Below are positions 37,001-47,100 of a stretch of 64,000 bases of DNA, one piece after another. The notes below the pieces were generated by a model, which worked only from the letters and a program-made list of their open reading frames with translations, was not told the origin of the DNA and searched no databases. The position numbers were made by a program, and so were the translations under genes. This DNA comes from a virus, in IMG/VR virus record IMGVR_UViG_3300037961_004224, positions 32,001 to 96,000 of that record; one strand, written 5' to 3'. The stretch's first letter is position 1, and the number at the start of each line of letters is the position of its first letter.

Positions 37001-39539
37001 CTTGCGGTCCTACTTGTACATTGACATTTGTTATAGCTGGTCCATATGTACCCTGCCAAACTTGACCGGGGGCTTTCCAAACTGGTAATTTTACAGCTAC
37101 TGCTACGGTTGGTGTTCTAGTCTCAACAAAATCATTAGCACCGGCTATATATTTTAGCTCAGAACCAAGTGGATTTGGTGGATATCCTGCTAGTGAAATA
37201 GAGCCTCGTTCACCCTTTCTCATATTTATAGCCTGAAGCTTGCTAACAGCGGCTGCATACATAGGGCCATCACCGCCATATTCCCAAGGAACAAGCCCAT
37301 CATCTCTTTCGAGCCTAACTTGACCCGGATCGCCAACAATACCCCAAGGACCATAACATTGAATGTTGCTTAAACAAGGAACTGCTGCTGCATTTGGACT
37401 TATTGCATAAGAAAGCATTGATAGTGTAAATGTTGATCTGTCAATGTATAGCTGTGCTGGAGGCAATCCTGCTCCACCACCTTTCTTGGCTAAAAAGTTT
37501 GCTCCAGCTTGATTTACATCAATACCATTGTTAGTATCATCATCGCTTTCTTTGTTTGTTAAAACAGATCCTACTTTCATCAAAGCACATATAACTTCTG
37601 TTCCACCACCATAAGGAGTACCACGAACCCATTTGTCGGATACATCTGCTTTTACCCATATGTGACTTGATCCATCTGTTATATAATTATCGTCTCCCAA
37701 TTTAGACGGATCTGGAACAAGACTTCCACCACCACCAGCAAATGTAAATCCACCAGTTGCAGGATACCGTATGATTCCTTGCAGTCTTCCATCATCAGAT
37801 CTAAAAAAATCAGATTGTGCAGTAGGGGGATTAGTGCCAAGATTTAAAACTTCAGCATCTAAAGGCCAACACCCCTCTGTAGAAGGCAAATAGTTAAATT
37901 TAGTATTGCCTCCACCGTCTGTTGCTGCTTTTACAAATGGCATAGAAACTAAAAATTGCTTGCCATAAAATTCATCTGCATAAGATCTTACAAATTCATA
38001 TATTTTATTAAAGTCTTTTGCAGAGTCACTTTTTGGATCTATTTCGTCTGAGGTTGCTTCAATGTTTGGTATCATTGCGGCCATGCCCGGAACTTTACCA
38101 TCTGCTGCTTGTTGTATTTTTTCAGGTCTAATAAATCTTGGTTGTTTTATAGAATCAAAATGAGTGGCAATAGTATTCTGCATAACATGAGTAACATGCT
38201 TCCACGTATCCATATCTCCTAAAACTGCTCTCATTTCGGATTCAGATATGACAGCATAATTGCTTGCTATTGGAGTAACAAGTGTTGTATTCAATCTTCT
38301 TACATCAACACTAACAGCATATTCACCATCAACCACAGTGGCTTGATGAAGATCTCCATTTATATCATATCCCCAAAATGGCAACATCATAGTGTTGTCT
38401 GCTTCAAATGGATCTCTGTTTTGACCACCCATAAGAAACATAGAGGTGGTTTCATTTCTTACTTCTTCACCTTTTGTGAAGTTTAATACTCCCCCAGTGT
38501 CTCCCTCTGTTGCTTCTGCTTTTTTTTCTTCTATAAAAGATGTTAATTGCTCAGTGCTAACTTGACTAGTTCTTAAAGAAACGCGAATTTTTATTACTTT
38601 TAATACTTTGCCACCATTTTTAATAGGAATAAGCTCTACATAATAATCCATACCAGCATCGTCGCAAACCTGAGAAATTATTTCCATCAAGCTGACATTG
38701 GGACCAGATATTCTATAATTTGCTGGTGCAAATGGCATATCGCTTAAATCGACTAAATATTCACTAGCCGCATTTCCGCCAACAGTTCTATCTTTTGGTA
38801 AAACACCATATCCATCGGTAAAATCAGTTCCTACATAAAGCAATCTGCCCCCTTGAGCGTAGGCATCTGGGCCTTTCCCAATTGCTGCTGTTAGTTCATG
38901 TATAGCAGCCCTGACTTCAGTCCAAACCATACCTCTATCGTTTGCCATAAGCTGGTTAGGAAATTCACTGTTTCCAAATGCTCCAAACCTATAAGGCAAA
39001 GCAGGACCAAGTGGACCCTGTGAATTTTCACCACCAAATAGACCTTGAGACTCAATGTATCCAAAAGCATTTATTAGATTGAAAACACCAGAAGTAGCAC
39101 CTATAAAATCATTAACAATTACTTGCGTATTTTGCAAGATTATTCTAGGATCAGTTAATTGAACTGTATATTCGGGATAACCATTAGGAGAATAACTCGA
39201 CGACCAACTTTGAATTAAACCGCAATATTCAAATCCTTTTCTTTCTGTTGCTGATGCATGTCGTGGGTTTTCTTCAATTCTAAAGTAGACAGGAGTTCCC
39301 GGATCGACTTGACCGCTTGGAAAGCCATAATCACTAATTATTCCGCTTTGTCTGTTAAGCTGTTCATCATAATATATTTTTAGACCACTACAAGGATCTT
39401 CTACTAGATTTACAGTAAGATTAGAAGCTTGCTCGTTCCAACCTATAGATGCACTAAAACTTTTTATGGTGCAACCCATAAATAGAGTTTGAACCATTGG
39501 CCCATGTATTCTAGCAGGTTCACATGTATTATATGCCAT
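31083..39539 (-). CDS. Tail hub/Tal-like protein fused to a Cys-repeat central fibre (2818 aa)
   Basis: Position after TMP and distal tail gene; N-terminal ~870 aa beta-rich hub-like (SLMEIISQVCDDAG..., ITNVNVQVGPQGFTT); C-terminal repeat array. Confidence 0.7.
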   Translation of the reverse strand: MAYNTCEPARIHGPMVQTLFMGCTIKSFSASIGWNEQASNLTVNLVEDPCSGLKIYYDEQLNRQSGIISDYGFPSGQVDPGTPVYFRIEENPRHASATERKGFEYCGLIQSWSSSYSPNGYPEYTVQLTDPRIILQNTQVIVNDFIGATSGVFNLINAFGYIESQGLFGGENSQGPLGPALPYRFGAFGNSEFPNQLMANDRGMVWTEVRAAIHELTAAIGKGPDAYAQGGRLLYVGTDFTDGYGVLPKDRTVGGNAASEYLVDLSDMPFAPANYRISGPNVSLMEIISQVCDDAGMDYYVELIPIKNGGKVLKVIKIRVSLRTSQVSTEQLTSFIEEKKAEATEGDTGGVLNFTKGEEVRNETTSMFLMGGQNRDPFEADNTMMLPFWGYDINGDLHQATVVDGEYAVSVDVRRLNTTLVTPIASNYAVISESEMRAVLGDMDTWKHVTHVMQNTIATHFDSIKQPRFIRPEKIQQAADGKVPGMAAMIPNIEATSDEIDPKSDSAKDFNKIYEFVRSYADEFYGKQFLVSMPFVKAATDGGGNTKFNYLPSTEGCWPLDAEVLNLGTNPPTAQSDFFRSDDGRLQGIIRYPATGGFTFAGGGGSLVPDPSKLGDDNYITDGSSHIWVKADVSDKWVRGTPYGGGTEVICALMKVGSVLTNKESDDDTNNGIDVNQAGANFLAKKGGGAGLPPAQLYIDRSTFTLSMLSYAISPNAAAVPCLSNIQCYGPWGIVGDPGQVRLERDDGLVPWEYGGDGPMYAAAVSKLQAINMRKGERGSISLAGYPPNPLGSELKYIAGANDFVETRTPTVAVAVKLPVWKAPGQVWQGTYGPAITNVNVQVGPQGFTTDFQFSTYTPRFGRFNKNNAERIKAIGQQRLLAGRNLRSRQALSRQIAAATARIKQRVETQVGKTARAPKSSSHLLMGRMLEGRNESFTINAKEATLTFPTDATYAESALMSMDGIFRPVSKAGDGGLPRFVNHTDSTCSGNVEATIAPDGPKLSYSGLKINQSYLDPFSNPNSSVAKRSTTSASGHDIEVLGRNASAPPSGWCIKEGEEEGDSGYADDYRFFALRGPLVLQSWGYDTDGKPVPNDADSKSSAEAGTFTTSNLKDKFLDKFLKLPKTWPVAPVDLRLDRKRGVWTVPPAPRNLHITYKQSCPLSTNTTADVNNGQNTFDDTGGSVTQEANVEWPWDVKPPTGVGKIPAYWDTSDCKYYAFPTNRLDATISGHVPRTYDIKHIVFASGFAGNFVDVDGCDRTLYVKASGLSGVGSGVLAGNVPWTGCFDGYMECVKDGSEPANNFPSTLEMPLGCSTKFKCLKFGHGLTVKQLPGSDELKEGVVEAWQFISDVTDYCGVETPPTTGACNSYYHLLAGSGLVVEEKSADCRYAIHSQLIASGNKIADHCDPYNTSVPEQRNIVEGKTRSISFVGGLSSVYDTANCEFQVSGIKPTINFANSGTCPTSARGTPFRAETLFAGSGLEFYQKQDECLGIIHSKITASGYGIQTCDIYTRNIPGKRRFENLNFRGNLSSTYSPDDCSVTVSGVPVLRMGISGVCDQREGEYNDGAHIQTDFFAEKLVVASGLSLTQDECTGVLKLNFGVSGQPTECPPLNQASTRIEGLITGIAFSSGIAISEPECGLITVKSRQFVSGLASCRTEGQGGVFFTGLRLGTGLVYNDRVYGDCRDHRKDIHVQIFASGSKFAGQDGCSDNYDPYNRNTVFKKAFETITFTGNLASHYDDAKCSVVVSGSPSPMFFSGLPACCYIPADCKVDKFAANTLVVGTGLYLENNKSSNFFPADDQDCTALIQSNIFATGSRVPPNLCDPDAREQSDYDNSDGAVKQSFRKRFENIEFKGYLGAKYEDAGGPNALGCKVTVSGSRTPLRFFASGVCDDKGTRDTAFLAETFVVSKSGLTFTEGDSPQTCTGILTTNLQAKGSDEICQLNLQGFKKFTNIVFGTGLKMATGVCHNNGREIHVNSNPNWIYGLSDCDGGAGAARDTFTGLGVGTGIKLTKVGDCAYTLTSDFSVAGTSKSYTCQTLTPGSAFTHTKPISKIEFVGGLSTTAKAGEDCTVVVSGISSNTINVESSNNCDVNSLAVGRKPIQTLQIGRGLSFIDNDACTGVISSYLRTRGRKLSEPFCDQYGGTDTFNETTHPYPPEIITFTGFLSSTWDTVGTYPNGCHHLIVSGSPSPVVMKSVETCNNGVSVSDFNAAKIIVGTGLQLKSSGTCGATLNANIQADGFTYQSSCLPLRSLTDGGNDTPFTNKVFDHIKFGGYLSSYYDEDSCTVKVTGLPTPIFMFQSGTCPNTNTDGARTAVTGIAVGTGLSVDFDGCFARLNSSMLLSHTGNCEIEVTDDDTYNHYTHLIFRSGIRSTQRPSEPMTTTDCHYYIDANQFISNTGVCGREPAEDPDMFKDKSKNHFDNLILGTGLVASPAKRTTGGGGGPSTDTPIGCAFRIDSAMKILSEDFCGSNAVTETNYEKLNFSGLHVELESDCQYLIKHEQNLKTDNDCVATQDGSQDTLPWTNDYTEATPFKSLIFGRGIRVEKDQSSSCDYKITAGMRIKAMTNTCTDIRDQTGGYRTYVNLEIGSGFITSRPDNDDCTLRLDTLTMGAGGCDKVGQTLNCGGNILPEYTSTSCDPGQAACELTTPYHDRSVPDVINSFISGPGIGFASPQEPGSTDNVCGGLTIFNNHIDYGKKIGNGCLDPEIFVAQVYQHNWGADFAIEGLGAAVDTADATAITKIEISDASENWEMCVVTGIETETTTINSQTVVTAVYPLTTTVAGMKTCGGKYLITSISPFPVGGCIPGPSPPPDVDP
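31530..35825 (-). repeat. About 27 degenerate protein repeats (hxFGxGL core, two Cys each)
   Basis: Cores HIVFASGF, HLLAGSGL, SISFVGGL, TLFAGSGL, NLNFRGNL ... SLIFGRGI, NLEIGSGF, SFISGPGI, bracketed by Cys; visible only at protein level. Confidence 0.8.
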
Positions 39540-39568
39540 TTTTTTCCTCTTGTTTTTTCTCTATAAAA

Positions 39569-41113
39569 CTATGGAAGATTACATTTATTATATGTCCAAG
39601 CAACACTTCTAGTGTATCTACCTTGAGTAAAATTCCAATTTTCTGTGTTTGTTCCTGTAAATACTATATCAAATCGCGATGTTAGATCCTGAGCAACCGA
39701 CCTAATAAGCGTGTCTATCTGACCTGTTGGAACCGGCTTCCAAATACCATACGCTGATTGTTTATCGAATCCATCACAACCTGTTGGTGGTGCTAGTACA
39801 AGCTCTATACTTAAAGTTCTTACTTTTGCGGTTGTTGTGCCTATATCTTGTAAGACTGGACCTAGTTTTCTTCCAAGTGCAACATGGCTTGCAAAAACAT
39901 CTGTAGCAAGTTGATCATCAATAGAAATATTTTGAGATATAAGACATTCTCCAGTTATGCAATATTTTGATGTATTGTCAAATTGATAATCATAAGATAT
40001 TGTTCCGGCCCTTGGATTACAACCAATAGTTCTTGATATTGGTGCTGGGTTCAATTGAGCAGTTGTTCCGCAACCAGATACACCACTCATGCCATAAACT
40101 CCACTTGCACGACGAATGAATGTAGGCTCTATAGCGTTAAAATAGGCTTCTGCGGCCTCCCAAGCAGTAACATCTGGGTTTCCTAGAGGGTCTGAACCCG
40201 TGTAATCAATACTAGCCAATCCTTGTATTTCACCTTGGACATTTACAGTTGAAATATTTTCAGCAACGTTCACATTAAGATCAAAAGTTTCAACAGCACC
40301 TCTGGGCATAGGCTGGCCAAGAATACTGCCAGTGCCCATGAAAACAAAATTTTCTACTACATTTATAGTTCCTTCGGTTTTATTACAAGAAATTTGTCTT
40401 ATTTGATTATAAGGCTGGCCGGATGGGGCACTCAGTAATCCGGTCATTCGGATTTCACCCTCAGTCAAGCCATTATAAATTCCAGAATTAAATATTCCTG
40501 ATGCATATTTTTTAGCATCTTCAAATAAATTGTTTGTTTTTTCCACTCCAGTGTATACAAGTCTTGCAGTAACATCTAAAGAGTGTGTAACATTTAATGC
40601 AACTGGAAATTTTACACCTTCATACACAGTGCCAAACTGCTCATCTCTTACTTCTACATCCCAGCTTTCTGATACAGTTTCAATAAATGGAGGAAATGTG
40701 CAATTGTTGAAAGCGTCTCCGCTTACGCCAGTAAACCCCGGTAGTTTAAAATCAAGTGTAAAATCTGCACGTCTTGTAAAGTTATCACTTTTATTTTCTA
40801 TATTAAAAGATTCAATTGTTGGATAACCACTTATAATAGTATTTCCATTCGTTGCAGGCTGACCGCAGTGTATGTGCAAAAGCTTTCCGTCTGCATCTAG
40901 TGCTTGTTTTAAATCTGCTATATATTCATTAAATAATCCTGTAATTCCTAATGACAAATCCTGACCAGTTAATATCAAATGCCCCTGACACGACAGGGTA
41001 TTTAGCTGACCAAACCCACGACCATCGGGTGTTTTAAGGTACTCTGTTTGTACTGAAAATACTGGTGCTGGCTTAAACCGATAATCCCCGTATTTAAAAA
41101 CAATATCTGACAT
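39569..41113 (-). CDS. Distal tail (Dit-like) protein
   Basis: Immediately downstream of TMP; beta-rich with internal duplication (ESWDVEV..HSLDVTAR / ETFDLNV..VQGEIQG). Confidence 0.55.
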   Translation of the reverse strand: MSDIVFKYGDYRFKPAPVFSVQTEYLKTPDGRGFGQLNTLSCQGHLILTGQDLSLGITGLFNEYIADLKQALDADGKLLHIHCGQPATNGNTIISGYPTIESFNIENKSDNFTRRADFTLDFKLPGFTGVSGDAFNNCTFPPFIETVSESWDVEVRDEQFGTVYEGVKFPVALNVTHSLDVTARLVYTGVEKTNNLFEDAKKYASGIFNSGIYNGLTEGEIRMTGLLSAPSGQPYNQIRQISCNKTEGTINVVENFVFMGTGSILGQPMPRGAVETFDLNVNVAENISTVNVQGEIQGLASIDYTGSDPLGNPDVTAWEAAEAYFNAIEPTFIRRASGVYGMSGVSGCGTTAQLNPAPISRTIGCNPRAGTISYDYQFDNTSKYCITGECLISQNISIDDQLATDVFASHVALGRKLGPVLQDIGTTTAKVRTLSIELVLAPPTGCDGFDKQSAYGIWKPVPTGQIDTLIRSVAQDLTSRFDIVFTGTNTENWNFTQGRYTRSVAWTYNKCNLP

Positions 41114-41128
41114 TTTTATTCTCCTATG

Positions 41129-44100
41129 TTATACAACCGGTTGTCCACCATCAATGTTTGAATTATTGGCTGCTATTTGGTTAGCAACTTCATCAAATAT
41201 CTGATCTTGGAATTCTTTTCTGAATTCTGCTAATAGTTGACCACCGTTTAGAATAACATTTACATCAATAGGTTCTGAATTAAGTGTTATATTTATATCT
41301 GGTAATGATTCAAGTTTAGTAGCAGCGGCCAACAACTCGGTTGCGAATGTTGAAGTATTTAACATCTCGACTGCTTGTACAAACTTTGCAGTTGGGTCTT
41401 GAGTTCCTGCGGCAGTAGGTGCTTGTTGAATTTCTTGTTGTTGTTGCTGTTGTTTTTGCTGTTGTAATTGTTGATTTTTCTTTAAGTCGGTTTGTTCTTG
41501 CGTTATTTGTTTTGCTTGTGCTTCATTTTTTTGTTTGTTTAATTGTGCTGCTTCTTGTTGTTGTTGTGCGGCAACTTGCTCAGTACCGCCTAACCTTTGT
41601 ATTCTTCCAGAGCCTGTGTCAATTCTTTGCGAAAGCCCTTGTCTTGCTTTCAGATTTATAAGCTCTTTGTTTTGTTCCTCACTAAGCGGCCCTACAGTTT
41701 GTTTTAGCTCTGATAGTCTACTTGCATCTTTTTCACCAAAACCACCCTTTTCTTCAAGTAATTTTTTACGGTTTGCTTGTGCTCTTTGTTCTTTTTCAAG
41801 ATCCGCTAATCTTCTGGTTCTCTTTCTTGGGTCTCTTGCTTCTGCTGCTATTTGTTTTTCTCTGGCTCTGGCTTGTCTGTTTTGACTAGACCTGAGCTTG
41901 AAAGATTTATTTGCTATATCAACATCTTCCTGTTCCAAAAGACCAGCTTTAACTAATTCTGCCTGTGTACGTGGCTTTTCGCCTGCTTTGGCAGCACGCT
42001 TCGCTTCTTGTTCTCTTGCCGCTACAACAGCCCTTCTTGAATCACCAACAAGTCCTCCAGTTTCTGCACCAGCTATTCTTCCAGTAAAATCTGGTCCAAG
42101 AAGTTCTTTCGTAACTTGAAGATCTGCGTCTTGTTGGCTTATTCTTCGTATAGATCTAAGATTTCCAACAGCGACTTTTGCTGCGGGTTGTTGTCTTGCT
42201 GCTGCATTAGCTCGATCCTTTTCTCTTGCAGCATCAATTTCTGCTTGTTTATCAGCCTCAATTTTGGCTTTAACTGCTGCACCGAAATCATCATCCGTTT
42301 CTATGCCATCAATAGGTTTTAAGTTTAAATCTGCCACTACCTTGTCTGCCGCTGCCTGATCTTCTGCTTGTCTTTTCCTAACTTTAGCTTCTTCTGGACC
42401 GGGAGTTGCCCCAACACCAACCACTCTACGCTGACCGGTTGCTGGCTGTTGCTTCCTTGCTACATCAAGCCTCATGATTTGACCACCAGCAGCATCTCCG
42501 ATTCCGTCTGGCCTTTGTGGTTCAATAACCGGAGTTCTTTGCTCAACTGGCATAAACCTTGGAGCACTTTTTTCGGCCTCTGCTTGTAGTCGTTCTGCTT
42601 CTACAGTCGCAGCAGACTTGTCACCTCTAAGTTTGCTTTGAAGTGCAGTCAATTTATCTTTGTCTTCAGTCAGTAAAGGTGCTCTTCCTGCTTTAAATTC
42701 TTGTGTGAGTATTTCTGCTGTTCCAAGTTTTTGTGCTTGGTCTGCTAGTCTGGTTTGATCTGGGGTCAATCCTAGCTTGCTAACATCTTCTCCTGCTCTT
42801 ATTTTATCAATAGTATCTTTGAACTGCTTAGGATCTGTAAATGTTGATTTTAATTCTTTTTCTGTTTCAAGCCGTTTGTCTCGTGCTGACTTTTCACCCT
42901 TTGCTTCTGCTTTAAGCTCGCCTTCAATAGCTTTTCTATTTCTATTTGATTCTTGCTCTTGTGCTTGCTGTGCTTTAACTTGATTAAGATTCTTATCAGC
43001 TTCTTCAAACTTCTTGGTTGCTTTATCTATAGCGGGGTCCATTGTTTCTAATTTGGCTGTAACAGAATCTAATGCTGCCTGAGCTTTTTCGGTTTCAAGA
43101 TTACCTTTTCTAGTTGCCAAAGCACTATCTATAATTTTATCAGCCTGAGATATAAAATCTTGTGTTGTTCCTCCAGCAGCCTGAGTATCTTTTAAAGCAC
43201 TTGCTAATTTTGACTGAAGATCTAATTGAAACTTTGTTCCTGCACTGTCTGTATCTGTAACATCAATTTCACCAAACCCAGCCTGAGCAGCATTCAATGC
43301 CAATTGGTCTGTAAGTTGAAAAGCATCTGAAGAAGTAATATCGCCAGCTTTTGTAGTTTGTGCAGCACGACCAGCAGCCGAACCTTGGAAAGCACCAGTA
43401 ACAAGTTCTTTATCAAAACCAGTTCCAGCTTGACCAAGACCAACAAGAAAATCAAAAGCACTGCCTTTTGAACTATCAACTCCAGTTGCTTGGTCTACAG
43501 CTTTGTTTCTTTCCTGATCTAACTTTTTAGCCTCCTTAACATTAGCTTCCTCCTCTTTTTTCTGCTTTTTAAGATCAGATTTCTGTTGCGTCAAATCTAT
43601 CTGCTCTAACTGTGCAAGACGTTTTTCACTAAGTGCAAGCAAAGCTTCTTCTCTGTCTCTTAAAGATGCAAAAGCTTCACCAGCCGTAGCAAGTGCTTCT
43701 GTGGTTTTTATTATTTCCTGTCGATAAAGAATTTGCTGATCTTGCAGAAGCTTGGTATTTTGATCAGTGCTTCCTTTTATAAGTTCCGCTTGTTTGTCAA
43801 CTATTGATTGGAATTCAGATATCAAATCTTTTTCTTGTTTCGTTTCACCTTTGACTGTTGCACCCGGACCATCTGCACGCCCAAGCACAGCGTCAACAGC
43901 ACCAGCACCCAATCCTAAGTTGCTAAACAAATCACGACCACCTTGCTGGAAATTAGCAAGACTGGTTTCAAGGAAATCACCAACTTCTTTATCTGATGCA
44001 TCTCGACCTGTTCGATCTTTAAATTGCTGTCTAAATGCAGTTGCAGCGATTCCTTGATCATCAAATAAATCTTGTTGAAGTGCTGCACCTTCTTGTACGC

Positions 44101-47100
44101 TAATAGCTTGGCCACTAGCAACCTTACTAGCAGCAATAAATGGTCTTTGAATATCATTTAAAATTCTATTAACGTCTTTTTGACTTCTAGCACCACTAAG
44201 CTGACTTAATCCAGCCTGTAATCTTTGTCGTTGGCTCAATCTACTTTCTTGTATTGAACTTAATTTAGACTCAATAGCACTCAATCTGGCGGTTTCATTG
44301 GTTTGTTCTTCTATCGCACGTTTTGTGCCTTCAAGTGCAGCAATAGTATTTCCAAGCTCATCTACAAGAGCACCTTCACCAGCTTCTCTAGCTGCGGCTA
44401 TTGCATCGTCTGCATTTTCTGTATCAACACCAACTGTTTCACCTATACGATCCAGCAAGCCTTTTCTAATTTCTTCAAGACCCGCTCTTCTTTCAAGCAA
44501 ATCAATGTTTCCAGTTGGACCAGCACCAACGGTTCCAAGATTAACTCCTCCAACGTTTGCGGTTCCAGAACCACCAGCATTAAGTAGTATAGATGTTCTG
44601 TCTGCCAACCTTTGATTAGCTAACTGTAATGGATCTGCACCACCAGTTCTAAATTGAGATAGTCTATCTTGTGCATCAGCACGTCTTCCTTGTATTTCAA
44701 GTTCAGCATTTGCTCTTTCTCTTGATGCTGTTACAATTAGATTGGCACTGTTTATTATTGCTTGATTTAATTGATTTAAAGAATTAGTTATACTTTCTAA
44801 GTTTTGTGCTGCCTGTTGGCTCAACTGAGAGAAAGCACCTTGTATATCTCCAAGTTCTCCAAGTTTTGCTTTTACTCCTTCAACGCCAAGAGGGTCTCCA
44901 CCTTGTCTTAGTCCTACAAAAATACCTTCCAAAGAAGCCATAAATTGTTTCTTGACAGGTTCTGAAAGCCCACTAAATATGTCACCTTCTGCATTGATAT
45001 TATTAACCAATGTATCTTTAACATCTTCAAAAGTAAATTCTCCACCAGCACGCTCAATTTGATCTACAGTATCTTTTAGGGCTTGAGGTAATCTATTTCC
45101 AAGAGCTATGGTGTCTGGTAAATCGGCAAAGTCTTCAGCGTCTCCACCAACGGCACGTCTTACTCTTTCAACACCGGCTGATAATTCTTCTCTTGATCTT
45201 CCTCTTCCTCCACCAGCGAATACATTAGCTCTACCTACTGCTTGTGCTTGTTGAGTAGTGCTGAGTATTCTACTTACTTCATTTTGAACGTTTTGTGCTG
45301 TGGTAGTAAAGTCTGATACTATGTTTGCAACCCTTTGATCCAAGTCTTGTAGTGCAGCAGCAAATGCATCTAGACCTTGAACTTGAGCCAACAGCAGATC
45401 ATTAACTATTCTTTGCTTTTGTTCAGCAGCAATTTGTGCGGCTATAGAATCTCTAACAGAAGATATATAATTTTGAGTAGAATTGACAAGTGTTGATAGC
45501 TCTGTGGAAGAAACACCAGCAGCTTTAGCTACCTTATTTAATACTTCTGGATTTTTCTCAATAGCTTTCTGGAAACTTTCGATATCTGTTATGCCCAGAT
45601 TAAGACCTGAAATCGCATTTCCAGTTTGTGCATTAAGATTGCTTATTAGTCTTTTGCTTGCTAACTTTCCAGACTCTTCAAATCCTTTACCAGCATTTAT
45701 TCCTGCTATAAAGTCTGCGGCAGATGTTTTACCTGCTGCGAAAAATGCATCTAATTTTCCTTTACGACCGCTTGCTTCACCAGCAGCCGATATTTGATCA
45801 AACTGTTCGTTTAATGTTTTTGCGGCAGATACAGCTTGTGTTCCAGCCAATGCTTTAAATGCTTCTAGCTGTGCAGAGAATTGTTTTGTGCCATCGCTTG
45901 CACCTTCTAATGCCTTAAACAGATCATCAAGACTTGCGTCTGCACCCAATGCTGCTATATCTGTAACCTGATCAATATTCAAGGAATTAGCAAGTGCTGG
46001 ACCAAGTGCTTCAAAAGTTACTGTCGCTTTTTGTAAAGCCGCATCTGGTATTGCCGCAAGAGTTTGTTGAAAATCTTCAGCACCTTGTAATTGAACAGAA
46101 GCATTTAATTTTTTTGCAGCATTTCTTGCCCTAGCATCAACATCAATTCCAACTAACTCCGCTGCTCCTTTTTTAACATCAAGGATAAATGTACTGACAG
46201 CACCAGTAACGCCACCCATCTCTTGTGCAGCCTTACGCATCTGTTGATCAGCTAAAAGAGTAATATCAAGGAGTCCACCTATACTATTAGCAAATCCTTC
46301 TATGCCAGTTCCTTCTGCTTGTGCTAAAGTTTTTCCAACCAAATCAAAGCCCTGAGCAAACTGATCTGAAAACTTAGCAAAACCATCTACCACTCCACCA
46401 ACACCAAGATCAGATCCAATACCCCCAACGGCTGCATTGCCCATCTGTCTACCGCTAACTCTTAGATTTCCCAATCTTTGTGTTGTGGTTGTTACTGCGG
46501 AGGTCAAGCCTCTGGCACTTTTAGTTACAGCGTCTAAAGCATCAGCATCTTTAAATCCTTTTTCAGCAAGTTTGTCTAAAGCTTTTTCAAGTTCCAAACC
46601 AGCAGTCTGTGCGTCTTGTAATGTCTCAAATTTTAATTGTTGTTTTAATCCACCAAGAGCACCGTCAATAGCACCTGTTATACCTCCAATAGCAGCAAGC
46701 AAAGGAGTGAGAACCACCGCTGCTGGCCCCGTAAGACTTCCAATTGCTGCACCTGTCGCAGCACCTGATATAGCACCTTTAGCAGCACCAGTAATTCCTG
46801 CGGTTTTTAAACCTCCTTGTTCAGCACTAAATCCAGCAACTCCTGCAATTTGTTTTCTTTTACCTACAGTAGCTTCAGTAACACCATCAACAATGGCATC
46901 TCCAAATATACTTGCAACAATGGCGGCTATACCCGCTGGTCCTCCAGCAAGTTTAGGAGCAGAAGCAGCAAGTCTTGTTGATCCTGCGGCTGCTCTTCCT
47001 AGACCGGCTGTTGGAACTTTACCGGCTACTCGTGCTCCACCTCTGGCTGCCGATGCCGCTGCATTTGCTTGCCTTGCTCTTTGTGCAGCATCAATAGCTG

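Noticed and set aside
41423-41472. (ttg)n/(caa)n microsatellite-like tract
   Set aside because: Simply encodes the poly-Gln tract near the TMP C-terminus
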